Assembly: GCA_965603825.1 (NCBI GenBank)
Contig: CBFDEM010000049.1
Coordinates: forward strand, 1 to 64,000
Source of the DNA: Blepharisma stoltei ATCC 30299
Taxonomy: Eukaryota; Protista; Ciliophora
Reading direction: 5' to 3'
Length of the DNA: 64,000 bases
Below are positions 60,287-64,000 of the stretch, piece by piece (position 1 is the first letter of the stretch; each line of letters starts with the position of its first letter). The notes below the pieces were generated by a model that made no database searches, was not told where the DNA came from, and saw nothing but the letters and a program-made list of their open reading frames with translations. A program made the position numbers and the translations under genes.

Positions 60287-61654
60287 TTATTTTTTTCTTT
60301 TTCTCCCTGAGGATGGCTGAAAAGTGCAGCCTTCTAATTCTGCTTGTTCCCTCATCAATTTTAGCTTGCTTGCTTTTAGTTCTTTTAATTGAGCAGTCCA
60401 CATGAGTCTTTCATATACATCTTGTGGCATTGAGGATCTCCTTTTTTCTGCTAATTTTGCTGATCTTGGATTAATTAGCACAATTTTTTCTTCCACAACA
60501 GGCTTGGCCTCTTTCTTTAGTAGATGGGCTTTGTCTTCTACATTCAGTGACTGCATCAATTCTCCCATATGCTCCATAAACCTATCAAAGTCATTTTCTT
60601 CTTTGCTCTCTTCGAGAAAGTTCAAATATGGAGTCAAAATCACAATACTTTTTACGTCTAAGTGCTCGATTTTTATTGAGTTAGACGATATCAACCCATC
60701 ACTATCATAGTCTAAAGACTTAAATAGCTGCTCAAGCTGCTTCCTCTGGAAATTCCTAAAGATTTTTTGAGACTCCTCACATACTTTTTTGGCAGTGCTG
60801 CTTGCTTCCCAGAATTTCTGGGTTTTTTCTAAATTTTCCTGCTGTTTTGCAGTTTGGTTATCTTTCAGTGAATAAAGATAGTCCCAAATAGACCCATTTC
60901 TAGACCTGCTCGTCCTAGATCCATTATTAATAGTAGGATGAAACAGTTCCTGCCCATTTGTTTGGTCAACTGACGCTTCTAGAGATTCTAATTGTTTTTT
61001 CCGCGCTTTCATGTCTTCATAAAACTTTTTTTTGGAGTTATAAAGTCTTTCAAAGATAGCTTCCTTTGATTCAGACGAGTTCCTGATATGACTTTGAATT
61101 CTAGGCCTAAAGGAGCATTGGCTAGTGCTTTGTTCAGACAATGAGCTGTTTCTAGACCTTCTTTCTCCAGCATCGTTATATAGGTCAGAGTACACGTCTC
61201 TGCTTGAAGATCGGCTTCTAGAAGTCCTTGATCCGCTTATTGTAGGCTTGAATGAGCATTCGCTGAGCTCAGCATTTTGTTTTGCTTCTTTTAATTCGCT
61301 TATATGGCTTTTATATGTTTTTCCAGCTTCTATAAGCAGGTCTTCAGCTTTTAAGTTTGGTCTCCGCAGCATCTGCTTGGAAGCTTTGTCGATGGTTGGG
61401 CGGAAAGTTTCGTTTTTTTTCCTCTCGTCCTCGATTTTCTTACGCTCGATTTCGATGATTTTCATAGTTTCCTGCTTGAATTTCAGACCTTTCGCATAAA
61501 AGTCAGTTTTTAATTTTGGGGTAGAATTGGTGCTAGTAGTTTTTTTGAAACTTCCAGACTCTGAAGAAGACAAGGATCTTGAAAGGGCTTGCTTCGTATT
61601 TTTATAGAGTCGATGGTAGATACTTCCTCTTGTTTTTTTACTAGAGCTCGACAT
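60287..61654 (-). CDS. Hypothetical protein with repeated (E/Q)C(S/T)FxP and 'ERLY' motifs and an EF-hand-like segment
   Basis: 455-aa ORF; ETFRP, ECSFKP, QCSFRP, ELFHP, GCTFQP; LDYDSDGLIS. Confidence 0.75.
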   Translation of the reverse strand: MSSSSKKTRGSIYHRLYKNTKQALSRSLSSSESGSFKKTTSTNSTPKLKTDFYAKGLKFKQETMKIIEIERKKIEDERKKNETFRPTIDKASKQMLRRPNLKAEDLLIEAGKTYKSHISELKEAKQNAELSECSFKPTISGSRTSRSRSSSRDVYSDLYNDAGERRSRNSSLSEQSTSQCSFRPRIQSHIRNSSESKEAIFERLYNSKKKFYEDMKARKKQLESLEASVDQTNGQELFHPTINNGSRTSRSRNGSIWDYLYSLKDNQTAKQQENLEKTQKFWEASSTAKKVCEESQKIFRNFQRKQLEQLFKSLDYDSDGLISSNSIKIEHLDVKSIVILTPYLNFLEESKEENDFDRFMEHMGELMQSLNVEDKAHLLKKEAKPVVEEKIVLINPRSAKLAEKRRSSMPQDVYERLMWTAQLKELKASKLKLMREQAELEGCTFQPSSGRKRKK

Positions 61655-62164
61655 TTAATTTTTTATATTAAAATGAATTGGTTTATATGGAAATTGATAA
61701 AACCAGAGTTTTAATTGAAATTTCAGCATATGTACTCTATAAGCTGTTTTTGATCTCTGTAAAGCTGTTCTCCAAAGCAATAAATTAATCTAGATAATTA
61801 ATGTAGTGAAAGTTTATGAACTAGTTATTGAATTTTGAGTTGGCTTTTCAACAAAATTGAAAATATCTTCTGCAACTATTGAACATTAACTCACAGCGAA
61901 AATAGCAATAAATAGGCTTAATAGATTCATAAAGATTATTTTGATTTGAAAAAATACCTTGCTAAACTGAGAGTAAATGATTATTAAGATACTTAATATA
62001 GCTTTTCTTATCTTTAAATAAATTGAGCAATATAATTAAAGCAAATTATTCATTAATAACAAAGTTTAAATGAGGATTACTATTGTATAGGGTATCTGAA
62101 ATTTATCCTAGATTTTATGCATTTGATAAATATGATTAGGCCGACATATTTAAAGGTTGTTTAA

Positions 62165-64000
62165 ATGCTCTCAAAGAGGCTCCTAAGGAACATTTATATA
62201 CAAGGAAGAGGTGAAAACTTCCGCAAACTGTCAAAGGAAGAAAAGCTAGAGGCAGAGCGAAATTTTTATGAGGAGCTTCAAAAATCAAAAGGAACATTCC
62301 CAAAATTCCGAAATCCCCTATCAATCTTTAAATCACTTGGCTATCAGCTTGAACCACCTGTCGCCGATATCAAAGAAGCTGAAATAAATATCAAAGGAGA
62401 TAGATTTATTGATGAGTACTCATGAATGCAAGATGACAATAATTACCAGCAGTGAGAAGACTACATTAAAGATGAAACCATATACACAGAGTCATTCACA
62501 GCCAAAGACTTCTATACCATAAATGACCTCGTGAGAGAGTTTAGGGAAAGAGCTCCAAAGACCATCTTCCAGGTGGTCGAACAAAAAGGGTGTAATTTAC
62601 ATTTAGATATCTCTATACTTTTGAAAACAACTGCTTGGTAAGGAAATTTGGGGATACCGTTGAGGTCGTTTTAAGCTATGAGGAAATGAAAAACCACCCA
62701 ATTCTAAAATTCAATGAAAAGTTTCAGAGAATGCTTAAAGAAATTTCTTTTCCAATAGTAAACACTCAATTCTCACATGATCATAGAATGATTGCCTTTT
62801 CAATACAAGTAGAGGAAAAGGTTGGAATCATTGTAAAAGATATGGTGAATAAGGCTATGACTGGATTTTTTGTTGAGGGCGTCGATGAATTTTGCATTTT
62901 TGATAAACTGTATGGACTTTATTATATTGAAAAAGATAATGATACTAATAAAGGGAAAAAGTGTTTTAGGGCAGATCTGAACCCTGAGTTATCAAAAGAA
63001 GAACAGATACTGAGAGAAGCTCAGCTAAAAATAGGCAAAACTTTTCTTGTTAAATCTGAGCTTATCTATGAAGAAAAAGATCCCAGCTTCAACGTTGAAG
63101 TATGTGATACTTTAAGTGCAGAATATATTTTGGTAAAAACCAGCAATATGCAAAATGACTTGAAGCTTATTTCCAACGAAATTCGATTTAGGCCAAGCAA
63201 CAGAGGCGATTTAGAATTTTTAATAATCCAAGAGAGAAAAGAAGGAGTGTTCTATGAAGTAAGGCATCAAGGCGAAAATTTCTTTATTTTAGTAACATCT
63301 CTAGATGAGCCAAATAGAAAAGTGCTGAAGGCATCTATTCCTCCATATCATTCTTTTAATCCACCACAGGAACCTTTATTGATTTCAGAATCCAAAGAGC
63401 TTATTGGGAGCTTTATAGGTGCAAAAACGCATATAGAGCATCGAAATAATATTTCTATTGACTATTTAGAGACTTATAAAGAACACTCAGTTCAAGTACT
63501 GACTGATACAGAAACCTCTTTGCAGTACATTGAGGCTCAAAATCTCCTTTCTGGGACAACAGATATAGTAGCTTATGATACTTATGAAGGCCAACTGAAA
63601 ATTGCAAATAATAAATCATACAGGATCCATGTGATGCCTGAAAAGCAAGACTATCTTTCGCATTTTTTCAATTATAAACTGTCAACTCTTCATTCTCCTA
63701 ATAAAATAATCAAATACAACCTCAACTCAAAAGTAAATGAACTAATTGACCTTGAGCAGCACATAACTAATGTCCGGCTTGAAGATTATTCATCAGAAAG
63801 GATTGTTCTGCCTGCAACTGATAAGCAACTTATACCAGTTACCCTGGTTTATAATAAAAAATATGCAAAAAGTGGCATGGAAGCGAATGTAATTTTGCAT
63901 ACTTTTGGAGGGGAAACAAAGAACACACATCAGTTTATGCTGGATTACACTTGGCTAAGCATGCTAGATAGGGGCTATTTGTGGGCGATTCCACATATAA
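62165..64000 (+). CDS. Oligopeptidase B / S9A prolyl-oligopeptidase family protein (runs past the window end)
   Basis: GDRFIDEYS(W)M, FSHDHRMIAFS, LIYEEKDPSF, YSSERI..ATD..IPVTLVY, MLDRGYLWAIPHI. Needs TGA=Trp and removal of 17 nt at 62590-62606. Confidence 0.85.
62590..62606 (+). other. 17-nt intron GTGTAATTTACATTTAG (contains a nested canonical 15-mer)
   Basis: Only the 17-nt excision gives QKG|YLYTF and the long open downstream frame. Confidence 0.6.

Noticed and set aside
2627-64000. tRNA, rRNA or telomerase RNA genes
   Set aside because: None recognised by eye; tRNAscan-SE/Infernal would be needed to exclude them.

Overview
Left end of a ciliate somatic (macronuclear) chromosome. A ~2.6 kb (CCCTAACA)n telomere, in-frame TGA at conserved Trp positions with TAA/TAG as the only stops, and 15-17 nt GT-AG introns point to a heterotrich of the genus Blepharisma (inference; Stentor shares the telomere and tiny introns but uses the standard code). 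The supplied ORF track stops at TGA and so fragments most genes. Re-reading TGA as Trp and removing tiny introns gives about 28 intact genes: class-IV aminotransferase, PP2C, WDR7, ankyrin-AGC kinase, 2OG-Fe(II) oxygenase, two purple acid phosphatases, an IQ-MORN-DUSP fusion, GNAT, two Ran, PERK-like kinase, DCAF11, CDPK, RCC1-repeat protein, LEM/Src1, Asterix, ISWI, GNL3/Nug1, oligopeptidase B and several hypotheticals. There are also several pseudogenes. Main observations: (1) a 649-bp retroelement-like insert with a perfect 14-bp TA-containing target-site duplication, twin 3' hairpins and an (AAAGAT)n tail, splitting a RING finger that is restored exactly on removal; (2) UGA-Trp absent from the last ~21 codons of every intact gene; (3) two 17-nt introns, one with competing GT donors; (4) a local duplication with reciprocal gene loss; (5) a gene-conversion-like tract in the Ran pair. 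All calls come from manual reading and motif recognition; no searches were run.
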